19,013 nt of DNA, from the NCBI GenBank assembly GCA_046726415.1, contig JBKPAK010000102.1, positions 1-19,013 on the forward strand. Reading direction: 5' to 3'. The stretch is from Candidatus Methylomirabilota bacterium. GTDB lineage: Bacteria > Methylomirabilota > Methylomirabilia > Rokubacteriales > CSP1-6. A program made the translations under genes and the position numbers. A model generated the notes under the pieces. The model made no database searches, was not told the DNA's origin, and saw only the letters and a program-made list of their open reading frames with translations. Every line of letters starts with the position of its first letter. The stretch's first letter is position 1. This document shows positions 1 to 13,533 of this stretch, piece after piece.

Positions 1-43
1 CCGCGCCGTGAAGCCGAAGTCGTTGCGCCGCGCCGCCACGCCC

Positions 44-1075
44 TCAGCGCGGGAGCAGCTTCGCGATGGGATCGAGGTGCTTCGGACTCGGTGTGAACCC
101 GACGCCGTGACGGTTCATCTCGGCGACCACGGCGTCGTTGACGGGCGTCGGCACGCCGCGCTCGCGCCCGCGCTGGCTCACATACCCGTTGAGATGGTCG
201 ATCTCCGTGCGGCGCTTGCGCATCACGTCCTGCAGCATCGAGGGGCGTCCGCCGCCCCGGGTCTTTGCCTGCTCGGCGATCTCGCGTTCGACGTCCTCCA
301 GCCTTCGGCCTTCGGAGGCGTCCACGAAGCGCTGGGCATCGATGCCGAAGATAGGCTCCACCTCGTGACCGCACGCGCGCCCCACGCGGATGGCCTCGGC
401 GGCCAGGAAGATGGAGATACGGCGGGGCAGGGGCTCGATGCGGCACTCCGCCGTGCTGAGGCCGCTCAGGCCGGCGATGGGGTTGATCATGCAGTTGATG
501 GCCAGCTTCGACCAGCGCTCGCCCCAGAGATTCGGGGTCACGTGCGTGTAGGCGACGTCGGACATGAGCGTGGCCAGCGCCCGTGCGCGCGCCGTCTCCC
601 GCCCGTCGTGCTCGCCGATCTTGAAGCCGAGGTTGCCGCTATCGGTCCGCATGGCGTGGCCGGGCTCGTAAAGGCCGGCGCCGATGAGAATGACGCAGCC
701 GAGCGTGCGTTCCTTACCGGCGATGGCCGCCACCCGCTCGTCGTTAATCCCGTTCTGGAAGTCCACCACCAAGCCATCGGGCTTGAGGTAGTTGCGCCCC
801 AGGTGAGTGGCCCACTCGGTGTCGTAGGACTTCACCGCGATGAATGCGAGGTCGAACGGCTCGTCGAGGCTCTGCGCCTCGTGGAGGTGGAGCACCTTGA
901 CCGGGATGACGTGCTCGCCGCAGGTGCCGCTGAGGCGGAGACCGTGTCGCTTCATGGCCTCCACATGCTCCGGCCACTGATCGATGAAAGTGACGTCGCG
1001 CCCCGCTTTGGTCAAGAGCCCGCCCACGACGCAGCCGATCGCGCCCGCCCCGATGATGCCGATCCTCTGCTCCAT
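44..1075 (-). CDS. panE: 2-dehydropantoate 2-reductase (ketopantoate reductase, PanE/ApbA family), 343 aa
   Basis: Start trimmed to MEQRIGIIGAGAIG (ATG at 1075, GGGGA upstream). Rossmann GxGxxG, FIAVKSYD, FQNG, WSKLAINCMINP (catalytic Lys region) and SMLQDV..RRTEIDHLNG are all typical of PanE/ApbA. Confidence 0.88.
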   Translation of the reverse strand: MEQRIGIIGAGAIGCVVGGLLTKAGRDVTFIDQWPEHVEAMKRHGLRLSGTCGEHVIPVKVLHLHEAQSLDEPFDLAFIAVKSYDTEWATHLGRNYLKPDGLVVDFQNGINDERVAAIAGKERTLGCVILIGAGLYEPGHAMRTDSGNLGFKIGEHDGRETARARALATLMSDVAYTHVTPNLWGERWSKLAINCMINPIAGLSGLSTAECRIEPLPRRISIFLAAEAIRVGRACGHEVEPIFGIDAQRFVDASEGRRLEDVEREIAEQAKTRGGGRPSMLQDVMRKRRTEIDHLNGYVSQRGRERGVPTPVNDAVVAEMNRHGVGFTPSPKHLDPIAKLLPR

Positions 1076-1199
1076 TCGGTCCCCCGTCGAGCCAGCCGCT
1101 CTCGGCCGCCGGCACACCGCCGGAGCGTACCACGGGACACCAAAGGTCGTTTCCCCCAGGGCCGCGACGTGTGAGGCTTGGGGCGAGGAGGACGACTCC

Positions 1200-1565
1200 A
1201 TGACGCTAGGGCCACCGATTCCTGTGTTGAGAATCTTCGACGCCGCCCTTGCCAAGGCTTTCTACGTCGACTGGCTGGGGTTCAAGATCGACTGGGAGTT
1301 CCAGACCGGGCCAGGCGGTCCGAAATATTTCCAGGTGTCGCGGCGTCCGGTCGTGCTCCACCTCACCGAGCACTACGGCGACTGCTGTCCCGGGGCCAAG
1401 GTCTTCATCAACACCGACGACGTGGAGGTGCTGCATCGCGAGCTTCACTCGCGCCCGAATCCCAACATGAACCCCGGCGTCGAGGTGGCGCCGTGGAACG
1501 CGAAGGTCATGGACGTCATCGATCCGTTCGGAAATCGCCTCAGCTTCAGTCAACCACTCTCGTGA
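1200..1565 (+). CDS. Glyoxalase/bleomycin-resistance (VOC) superfamily protein, 121 aa
   Basis: ATG at 1200 with GAGGAGG upstream. Motifs IPVLRIFD..AKAFYVDWLGFKIDWE, LHLTEHYGD and DPFGNRLSF. Confidence 0.85.
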   Translation: MTLGPPIPVLRIFDAALAKAFYVDWLGFKIDWEFQTGPGGPKYFQVSRRPVVLHLTEHYGDCCPGAKVFINTDDVEVLHRELHSRPNPNMNPGVEVAPWNAKVMDVIDPFGNRLSFSQPLS

Positions 1566-2443
1566 GTCGGCCGGTGCGGCCCCGCCGAAGCGTCCTCTTC
1601 ATGCCGGCATCCAATGCGCGCGCCCTGGAGAAGGCGAAGACGCTCGCCGCCGACGCGCTGGTCTTCGATCTGGAGGACGCGGTGGCGCCCGACGCGAAGG
1701 CGTCCGCGCGGGCGATGGCGTGCGCGGCGGCCCGCTCGGGAGGTTATGGACGGCGCGAGATCGCCATCCGCGGGAACGGACTCGCCACGCCTTGGGGCGA
1801 GGCCGATTTCGCCGCCGTGGCCACCTCGGGAGCCGACGCGGTGCTGCTGCCCAAGGTGGAGGGCGCCGAGGGCGTGCGCGAGGCGCTCCGCGTGCTGGCG
1901 GCCCACGGCGCCCCGGACACCCTGGACGTGTGGTGCATGCTGGAGACCCCGCGCGGCATTCTGCGCGCGGAAGCCATCGCCTCGGCCAGCCCGCGGGTGG
2001 CCGCGCTGGTGATGGGCACGTCCGACCTCACGAAGGATCTCCACGCGCGGCACACGCGCGATCGCCACCCGCTGGTGCCGAGCCTCGGCCTCTGCCTGCT
2101 GGCCGCGCGCGCCTACGGCTTGGCCGCCCTCGACGGCGTTCATCTCGACCTCGACGACGAGACCGGTTTCACCGCCGCCTGCCAGCAGGCCCGGGCGATG
2201 GGTTTCGACGGCAAGACACTCATCCACCCGAAGACGATCGCCCTCGCCAACGAGATCTTCGCGCCGTCTCCCGACGAGATCGCCTGGGCGCGAAAGGTCA
2301 TGGCCGCCCACGCGGAGGCTACCGCGCAGGGTAAGGGCGTGGTCGTCGTCGACGGCCGGCTCGTCGAGAACCTCCACGTGGAGGAGGCCCAGCGCCTGGT
2401 GGCGCTGGCCGATGCGATCGCCGAGCGGCAAGCGGCGCCGTAA
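1562..2443 (+). CDS. CitE-like CoA-ester lyase/thioesterase (HpcH/HpaI aldolase-citrate lyase family; malyl-CoA lyase/thioesterase-like), 293 aa
   Basis: GTG at 1562 overlaps the upstream TGA (GTGA coupling). Motifs RPRRSVLFMPASN, FDLEDAVAP, LLPKVE, MLETPRG, MGTSDL, GFDGKTLIHP and DGRLVENLH. Confidence 0.88.
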   Translation: MSRPVRPRRSVLFMPASNARALEKAKTLAADALVFDLEDAVAPDAKASARAMACAAARSGGYGRREIAIRGNGLATPWGEADFAAVATSGADAVLLPKVEGAEGVREALRVLAAHGAPDTLDVWCMLETPRGILRAEAIASASPRVAALVMGTSDLTKDLHARHTRDRHPLVPSLGLCLLAARAYGLAALDGVHLDLDDETGFTAACQQARAMGFDGKTLIHPKTIALANEIFAPSPDEIAWARKVMAAHAEATAQGKGVVVVDGRLVENLHVEEAQRLVALADAIAERQAAP

Positions 2444-2494
2444 CCGCTTGCGGCCACGCCGAGCCCGGGCTACAGTCCCGCCGGGCACCGCGGG

Positions 2495-3556
2495 ATGAGC
2501 CATAGCGAGATCGTCAGCTTCCAGCCGCGCTTCACCATCACGAACCCGATTGCCGCGGCATTGACTCGGATCGAGCGGGTGCGCGGGTTTCTCGACGCGT
2601 CGAAGCTCTCCGAGGACTGGCTGGCGACCATGCGCGCGCGGGCGCTCCTGCTCGAAGCGCACCACACGACGCATATCGAGGGCGCGCGGCTCACCCGGGA
2701 ACAAGCCGAGCAGATCCTCGCGGGCCGAGCGGTGCCGGAGGCGGATCCGGACGACGCGCGCGGGCTGCTCAACTACCGCGGCGCCTTCGAGTTCGCGAGC
2801 GGTCACCTGAGCGAGGGCGGGTCCGTGACCGAGGGCCTCATTCGCGAGATCCACAAGCGCCTGGTGGAGGGGGTGCGCGGCGGCGCGGCCGCGCCGGGAG
2901 AGTACCGCCGGGTGGAGGGCTACGTGGTCAACTCCGCGACGAGGCAGATCATCTACGCCCCGCCGCCGGCGGCCGATGTGCCCATCCTCATGCGGGAGCT
3001 CGTGGCATGGTCGAACGATGGACCGGAGGCCCATCCCGTGGTCGCGAGCGCGATCGTCCAGTTCCAGCTCGCCTACATTCACCCGTTCCTCGGCGGCAAC
3101 GGGCTCACGTCGCGCCTGTTCTCGCTGCTTTCCCTGTGCCGTGCGGGATACGACGTCAAGCGGCTGGTAACGATCAGCCAGTACTACGACCGCAATCGCA
3201 CCGCCTTCCATCGTGCGCGGCAGGGGGTACGGGCCGCGGGTATGGATCTGACGGGCTGGCTGGAGTTCTTCACGGAAGGGCTGGCCACTCAGCTCGACGA
3301 GGTGCGGTCACGGGGGGAGCGCGAGGTGGGGCGTGACGTGGTCGCCCGGCACGGGCTCACCGAGCGGCAGGCGATGGCGGTCGGACACGTCCTGGATGAG
3401 GGCCGGCTCACCATCGGAGACTTCGAACGGCTGTGCCCCGGCGCCAACCGGCGGACGCTCCAGCGCGAGCTGAAGCAACTCGTGGACAAGGGCCTCCTAC
3501 GGCCGGCCAAGGTCAGGAATCGCCTGCAGTACCTTGCCGGGAAAGAGCTCACCTGA
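2495..3556 (+). CDS. Fic family protein with C-terminal winged-HTH, degenerate catalytic motif, 353 aa
   Basis: TTHIEG matches the (S/T)xxxE(G/N) inhibitory motif. [14 protein letters not shown] is present. The Fic motif reads [12 protein letters not shown]. The C-terminus [17 protein letters not shown] is wHTH-like. Confidence 0.88.
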   Translation: MSHSEIVSFQPRFTITNPIAAALTRIERVRGFLDASKLSEDWLATMRARALLLEAHHTTHIEGARLTREQAEQILAGRAVPEADPDDARGLLNYRGAFEFASGHLSEGGSVTEGLIREIHKRLVEGVRGGAAAPGEYRRVEGYVVNSATRQIIYAPPPAADVPILMRELVAWSNDGPEAHPVVASAIVQFQLAYIHPFLGGNGLTSRLFSLLSLCRAGYDVKRLVTISQYYDRNRTAFHRARQGVRAAGMDLTGWLEFFTEGLATQLDEVRSRGEREVGRDVVARHGLTERQAMAVGHVLDEGRLTIGDFERLCPGANRRTLQRELKQLVDKGLLRPAKVRNRLQYLAGKELT

Positions 3557-3570
3557 GCGTGGGAGGAGCG

Positions 3571-5139
<1,569 letters not shown>

Positions 5140-5150
<11 letters not shown>

Positions 5151-6491
5151 ATGGACACGAGCACCGCTTCGCGACCTGATCGAGTTCACCCGCGATGGAG
5201 AGTGGGGAAGCGATCAGCCCACTTCTGACACCGTAGAGATGCTCGTCATTCGCGGGACGGACTTCGCCCGATTTCGAGTCGGCGCGTTGGCCGAGATTCC
5301 AAGAAGGCACATCGAACGCGGCGCGGCAGAACGCAAGCAGCTTCGTCCTGGCGACGTGCTGATCGAAACGGCGGGAGGAACGAAGGATCAGTCGACAGGA
5401 CGCACGGCGCTTGTAAAGTACAGTCACATAGAGCGAGCTGGCATCCCGCTCACGTGCGCGAGCTTCGCCCGTTTCCTGAGATTCGACGGCGATAAGGTCG
5501 ATTCAGGCTTCATTTACTGGTGGCTGCAGAGCCTGCATGTTTCGGGTGAGATGGAGACGCACCAAGTCCAGCACACTGGTGTAGCTCGCTTCCAGTTTAC
5601 GAAGTTCGTCGAGACCATTAGGGTACTGCTGCCGGCCTTACCGGAACAACGCGCCATCGCCCACGTCCTCGGCACGCTGGACGACAAGATCGAACTGAAC
5701 CGGCGAATGAACGAGACGCTGGAGACGATGGCGCGAGCGCTCTTCAAGTCGTGGTTCGTGGACTTCGACCCTGTCCGCGCCAAAGGCGAAAGCCGCGACA
5801 CCGGCCTGCCCAAGCCCCTCGCCGCCCTCTTCCCCGACCGCTTCAAGGACTCCGAGCTAGGCGAGGTCCCGGCGGGGTGGGAGGTGAAGACGATCGGCGA
5901 CCTTGCGGAGGTAGTCGGGGGCAGCACGCCACGCACGAGCGAGGCAGCATATTGGGACGCCGGCGTCCACTACTGGGCGACACCGAAGGATCTCTCGGCG
6001 CTCACTGTGCCGGTGCTGCTGGAGACGGAACGACGCATCACTGACGCTGGCCTCGCACAGATCAGCTCGGGACTCTTGCCTGTTGGGACAGTCCTCCTTT
6101 CGTCGCGCGCTCCGATCGGTTACCGGGCTATCGCCGAAGTGCCCGTCGCGATCAATCAGGGCTTCATCGCCATGAAACCGCGGAGGAGCGTGTCGAATCT
6201 CTTCCTGCCGCTGTGGGCGCGTGCCGCCCACGAGGACATCCTGAGCCACGCAAACGGTTCCACGTTTCTTGAGATCAGCAAGGCGAACTTCCGACCGATT
6301 CCGGCCGTCTCGCCGCCCCCCGTGATTGTCGCAGCATTCGACGGCCTCGCCAGGCCGCTGTACGAGAGGGTCGCGTCGAACGAACGCGAATCCCGCACGC
6401 TCGCGTCCCTGCGTGACTCGCTGCTACCCAACTCGTCTCCGGCGAGCTCCGCATCAAGGACGCGGAACGGATCGCGGGAGCCGGGGCGTAG
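5140..6491 (+). pseudogene. hsdS: Type I R-M specificity subunit HsdS with a 1-nt deletion near the 3' end (as read, the ORF runs on to 6597)
   Basis: ATG 5140 overlaps the end of hsdM. Two TRDs flank the conserved spacer [29 protein letters not shown]...[10 protein letters not shown]. The terminal motif LRDSLLP(K)[12 protein letters not shown] is split at CCC AA^ CTC (~6431); the restored frame stops at TAG 6489-6491 (~450 aa). Confidence 0.88.
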
Positions 6492-6751
6492 TGCCGGAGA
6501 TAAGCCGGTTCTTCGGTATCATCATCACGATGCACTACAACGATCATGCGCCGCCCCATTTTCATGCCCGATACGGGAGCGACCAGGCCATTGTTGACAT
6601 CCAGACACTGCAAGTGCTGGGTGGACGGCTCGGTCCGCGGGTCATGGGTTTGGTGGTTGAATGGGCCTTACAGCATCGCGATGAGCTCCTGGACGATTGG
6701 CGGCTGGCGCGCGAGAGTGCGCCGCTGAACCGCATCGCGCCGCTGGTGTAG
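6491..6751 (+). CDS. DUF4160-domain protein, putative type II toxin (HicA-like), 86 aa
   Basis: GTG at 6491 overlaps the restored hsdS stop (TAGTG). [29 protein letters not shown]...[16 protein letters not shown]...LNRIAPL is the typical DUF4160 pattern. Confidence 0.85.
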   Translation: MPEISRFFGIIITMHYNDHAPPHFHARYGSDQAIVDIQTLQVLGGRLGPRVMGLVVEWALQHRDELLDDWRLARESAPLNRIAPLV

Positions 6752-6760
6752 GAGGGGACG

Positions 6761-7048
6761 ATGCTCAGCGACGTGGTCAAGGTCGAGCTGCGCGGGGGAT
6801 ACCGGATCTGGCTACAGTTCCAGGATGGGATGGTGGGGGAGGTCGATCTCGGACCACTCCTGACCTTTCAGGGGGTGTTCGCCCCGCTTCGTGATCACGC
6901 CTACTTCGCCCGGGTGCGCGTGAATCCGGACCTGGGGACGATCTGCTGGCCTAATGACGCGGATTGGGATCCGCTGGTGCTCTATTCGCTGGTGACCGGC
7001 CGGCCGATCGAGACCCTCCTGGCCGAGCCCGGGAGTGGCGGCGGCTGA
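6761..7048 (+). CDS. DUF2442-domain protein, putative antitoxin partner of DUF4160, 95 aa
   Basis: GGAGGGG RBS, then ATG. YRIWLQFQDGMVGEVDL...GVFAPLRD..YFARV.V....GTICWPNDADWDP matches DUF2442, in its usual position downstream of DUF4160. Confidence 0.85.
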   Translation: MLSDVVKVELRGGYRIWLQFQDGMVGEVDLGPLLTFQGVFAPLRDHAYFARVRVNPDLGTICWPNDADWDPLVLYSLVTGRPIETLLAEPGSGGG

Positions 7049-7051
7049 GTC

Positions 7052-10223
<3,172 letters not shown>

Positions 10224-10526
10224 AGAGGCCGCCTGACAACAATCGGCGTCGAGATAGCCTCGCCAGGAACCGGCGGCCATCACGAGCATTGACCCCGGAG
10301 TGCGCCCATCGGCGACTTTTCGCTTGACAGCCTCGGCCGCGCGCACTGAGTTTGCGTCGGCGCCGCTCCGCGGATCCCGACCCAGCGCCCCGCACGGGCC
10401 CACCATTGCCCAGTCGAGTGGGACTAAACCGAAAATCCTTGTTCGTCCTGAAATCGCTCGCTGTGAACGCTCCCGGGTGGCTCGAAATTCAGGGTATACA
10501 GTCGCCCCAGCCGAAGGGGGCTGGCC

Positions 10527-11963
10527 ATGCAGATCCACTCGCCAACTGTCGTCGCAACTCCGGATCGTGCTGCGGAACTGGATCGACTGGGGGATGAGAT
10601 CGCCGAGCTGTCGGCGCATCTCGAGGCCGCTACTGCTCGCCTTCTTGACCTGATACGGGAGTTCGATGCTTGTGGGGGCTGGAACACCGGCTTCCGCTCC
10701 TGTGCCTCCTGGCTGAGCTGGCGTGTTGGCCTCGACCTCGGCGCCGGTCGCGAGCGGGTTCGGGTCGCGCGCGCCCTGGGGACGCTCCCGCTGCTCGCCC
10801 AGGCCCTCGCCCACGGCGAGTTGTCCTACGCGAAGGTCCGCGCTCTGACCCGTGTGGCCACGCCGGAGACCGAAGCGCGACTGCTGGCGGTGGGACGTGC
10901 AGGAACGGCCGCCCACGTCGAGCGCATCGTGCGCGGCTGGCGGCGGGTGGACCGACAGGCCGAGGCGCGGGAGACGGCGCGGCAGCACGCCAGCCGGGCG
11001 CTGCACGTGTATCAGGACGAAGACGGCATGGTGGTGCTCCGAGGCCGGCTGGAGCCGGAAGCGGGGGCGCTGCTCATGCAGGCGCTGGCCGCCGCCCGGG
11101 AGACCTTGTATCAGCGGGCACGAGCGGACGAGGCGCTCCCCCGCTTGGATGACCTGGCGGCGGAGCCCCCGACCATGGCCCAGCAGCAGGCGGACGCGCT
11201 GGCCCTGCTCGCCGAAACGGCCCTGCACCACGAGCTCGATCCCGGCGCCCCGGGCGAGCGCTACCAGGTGGTGGTCCACATCGATGCCCCAGCGCTGGCG
11301 GACCCCGATCAGCCGGGGCAGTCCGTCCTCGAGGACGGCGCGCACGTTTCCGCGGAAACGTCCCGCCGGCTGGCGTGCGACGCCAGCCGGGTGGTGATGC
11401 GGCACGACCAAGACGGGCGCCTGCTGGAGGTCGGGGCCCGGACCCGGACTATTCCCCCCGCTTTGCGGCGAGCGCTGCATCACCGGGATCGCGGCTGCCG
11501 CTTCCCGGGCTGCAGCGGCCGCTTCACGCAGGGACACCACCTCCGTCACTGGGCGCAAGGTGGCCCCACCACGCTCTCGAACCTCGCGCTCCTCTGTCGC
11601 CGGCACCACCGCGCGGTGCACGAGGAGGGCTACCAGGTCGCGCGCGGGCCCGACGGCGCCCTACGGTTCCGGCGGCCGGACGGTCGCCCGCTGCCCGAGG
11701 TGCCGCCGGCGGTCGCGGTGCCTGCTGATCCCATCCACGTCCTCCGAGCGCAGCACGACGCCCAGGGGCTTCACCTCCACGCTCGGACGGTGACCTCCAG
11801 CTGGCACGGGGAGCGCCTGGATCTGGGATGGGCCATTGCCGTCCTGCATCCCCTGGCCCGGCAACCTTCAACTCCCGTCCTCGCGACCGGGCCGCGCCCG
11901 ATCAGCGAGGAGACGTCATACCTTGCCGTGACGGTCAGTGCCGCTGGGGGAGAATTGTCCTAG
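10527..11963 (+). CDS. DUF222 (13E12 repeat family) protein with C-terminal HNH endonuclease, 478 aa
   Basis: N-terminus LGDEIAELSAHLEAATARLLDLIREFD..GFRSCASWLSWR and SRRLACDA. The HNH domain reads RDRGCRFPGC...GHHLRHWAQGGPTTLSNLALLCRRHHRAVHE. AAGGGGG lies upstream of the ATG. Confidence 0.88.
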   Translation: MQIHSPTVVATPDRAAELDRLGDEIAELSAHLEAATARLLDLIREFDACGGWNTGFRSCASWLSWRVGLDLGAGRERVRVARALGTLPLLAQALAHGELSYAKVRALTRVATPETEARLLAVGRAGTAAHVERIVRGWRRVDRQAEARETARQHASRALHVYQDEDGMVVLRGRLEPEAGALLMQALAAARETLYQRARADEALPRLDDLAAEPPTMAQQQADALALLAETALHHELDPGAPGERYQVVVHIDAPALADPDQPGQSVLEDGAHVSAETSRRLACDASRVVMRHDQDGRLLEVGARTRTIPPALRRALHHRDRGCRFPGCSGRFTQGHHLRHWAQGGPTTLSNLALLCRRHHRAVHEEGYQVARGPDGALRFRRPDGRPLPEVPPAVAVPADPIHVLRAQHDAQGLHLHARTVTSSWHGERLDLGWAIAVLHPLARQPSTPVLATGPRPISEETSYLAVTVSAAGGELS

Positions 11964-12015
11964 CGGCGATCTGGGTGATGCCAGCATCCTGACGGTGCTT
12001 GGCACGGCCGCCGCG

Positions 12016-12092
12016 ACCAGCGCGAGCTGATGCGGGACGAGATGATCACCAGGCGCTTCCGCCTCGACCAGGTGGACGATGCGTTCCGGGCG
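12016..12092 (+). repeat. Direct repeat: partial copy of the adh 3' region (matches 13323-13399)
   Basis: By-eye ungapped alignment gives 69/77 identical, including an exact 44-nt core GACGAGATGATCACCAGGCGCTTCCGCCTCGACCAGGTGGACGA (12036-12079 = 13343-13386). Confidence 0.93.
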
Positions 12093-12301
12093 TTTCCGGA
12101 CGCGAATCCGACCATATCCGCGCGGCCTCGCGTTGTGCCGCCTGGCGCACCGAGGAAGTAGACCCTGCCGCGGAGATAAGGCTCCTCGTACATATGAACC
12201 TGGCGCCGAGCTGGGTCGTGTTCCTGCAGGAAGAAGGGTTCGAAGCGGTGCAGTGGAGTGGCGTTGGAAACCGAAGGCCGATCATACGTGTCGACCGCTA
12301 G
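12090..12301 (+). pseudogene. Remnant of a DUF433 antitoxin (C-terminus only) followed by a DUF5615/PIN-like toxin (N-terminus only)
   Basis: AFPD/ESDHIRAASRCAAWRTEEVD resembles DUF433 C-termini (YPxLExEDIxxALxYAAWR). IRLLVHMNLAPSWVVFLQEEGFEAVQWSGVG resembles DUF5615 N-termini (MKLLxDMNLSPxW...GxEAVHWSxVG), with ATA in place of ATG (12176) and CAT in place of GAT. Recognised from memory of the families. Confidence 0.65.
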
Positions 12302-12361
12302 GGTTTGTAGACCAGCGGCGCCGTAACCCTGAAGCTCGAGCACCCGCGAAGGAGGTTCACC

Positions 12362-13442
12362 ATGCAGGCGGCGCTCTTCTACGCTCCCCACTCGCCGATG
12401 CAGATCGAGGCGATCGACATCGCGGAGCCTCTCGGTCGCGAGGTACTGGTCAGGACCGCAGCGAGCGGCGTCTGCCACAGCGACCTCCACGCTATCGACC
12501 GCGACACAGCGGCGCCGCCGCAGCCGATCGTGCTCGGCCACGAGGCGGCTGGCATCGTCGCCGCCGTCGGGCCCCACGTGACGGAGTTCCAGCTCGGCGA
12601 CCACGTCATCGCTTGCCTCTCGTTCTTCTGCGGCAAGTGCGACTACTGTCTGGTCGGCCGGACGAACCTCTGCTCCGACAAGCCGAACCGCGGGCCGGAC
12701 GCGCCGCCCCGGCTGAGCCAGGACGGCCGTCCGCTGACGCAGGCCGCCGGCATCGGCGCCTACGCCGAGCAGATACTCGTCCACGAGAACGCCCTGGTGA
12801 AGATCCGGAATGACATGCCCCTGGACAAGGCGGCCTTGGTCAGCTGCGGCGTGGTCACCGGCGTCGGGGCCGTGCTGAACCGGGCGAAGGTGGCGCCGGC
12901 CTCCACGGTGGCCGTGCTCGGCGTGGGCGGGGTCGGAATGTCGGTGATCCAGGGCGCGCGCATTGCCGGGGCGCGGCAGATCATCGCCGTCGACGTCGTC
13001 GACGGGAAGCTGGAGCGGGCGCGCGAGTTCGGGGCGACCCACGTCGTCAACGCCGCCAAGGTCGACGCCGTGGACACCGTGCGACAGCTGTCCGGGGGCG
13101 GCGTCGATTACTCGTTCGAGGCGATTGGGTTCGGCGAGACGGCGCACCAGGCCTTCGAGATGCTGCGCGACGGCGGCTGGGCCACGATGCTCGGCGTGGC
13201 GCCGGCGAACGCGACGGTGGAGGTGCCGGCGGCGGCTCTGCGGCGCGAGAAGGTGCTCACCGGCAGCAGCATGGGCTCGAACCGGTTCAAGGTCGACATG
13301 CCGCGCTACATCGACCTCTACTACCAGGGCAAGCTGCTGCTCGACGAGATGATCACCAGGCGCTTCCGCCTCGACCAGGTGGACGAGGCGTTTCAGGCGA
13401 TGCGGGAGCGAGGTCATCCGCTCCGTCCTGATGTTCGACTGA
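12362..13442 (+). CDS. Zn-dependent alcohol dehydrogenase (MDR family); 2-nt deletion near 13409 extends the ORF as read to 13555
   Basis: AAGGAGG RBS. Motifs GVCHSD, LGHE, CGKCDYC...C (structural Zn), SCGVVTG, GVGGVG and AVD. The natural ending EVIRSVLMFD* (TGA 13440-13442) lies in a shifted frame after ATG CGG GAG C^GAG. Confidence 0.88.
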
Positions 13443-13466
13443 CCCTCGGAAACCTTCTTCCAAAGC

Positions 13467-13492
13467 GTCGGGGGTTGCAAACAACTCCCGAC
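13467..13492 (+). terminator. Stable hairpin downstream of the restored adh stop (terminator-like, no U-tract)
   Basis: GTCGGGGGTTG-CAAA-CAACTCCCGAC: an 11-bp stem with one G.U pair, 24 nt after TGA 13442. Confidence 0.5.
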
Positions 13493-13501
13493 ATTCGACC
13501 A

Positions 13502-13533
13502 ACCGGGAACGGGGCAACGAGGCGTATGCCCTG
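13502..13533 (+). repeat. Inverted repeat: 32-bp fragment matching the cyclase/TPR gene at 14515-14546 (- strand)
   Basis: ACCGGGAACGGGGCAACGAGGCGTATGCCCTG versus the reverse complement of 14515-14546, ACCAGGAACGGGGCAACGAAGCGTATGCCCTG: 30/32 identical; both encode ERGNEAYAL. Confidence 0.88.

Noticed and set aside
1..39. Possible start of a downstream - strand gene (GTG at 39; VAARRNDFGFTAR)
   Set aside because: Only 13 codons are visible, too few to support a call.
8..1174. Long + strand ORF (388 aa) and similar long antisense ORFs (1550-3211, 3289-4575, 7178-8902, 10059-11621, 11960-13648)
   Set aside because: They are shadows of recognisable genes on the opposite strand, expected in high-GC DNA, and carry no family motifs.
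10324..10352. Perfect TTGACA (-35-like) upstream of the HNH gene
   Set aside because: No convincing -10 hexamer at 16-18 nt spacing.
11979..12003. Imperfect hairpin after the HNH stop codon
   Set aside because: Bulged stem with no U-tract; likely by chance at this GC content.
12016..13399. Diversity-generating retroelement template/variable repeat pair
   Set aside because: There is no reverse transcriptase in the window and the mismatches are not confined to adenines of one copy.
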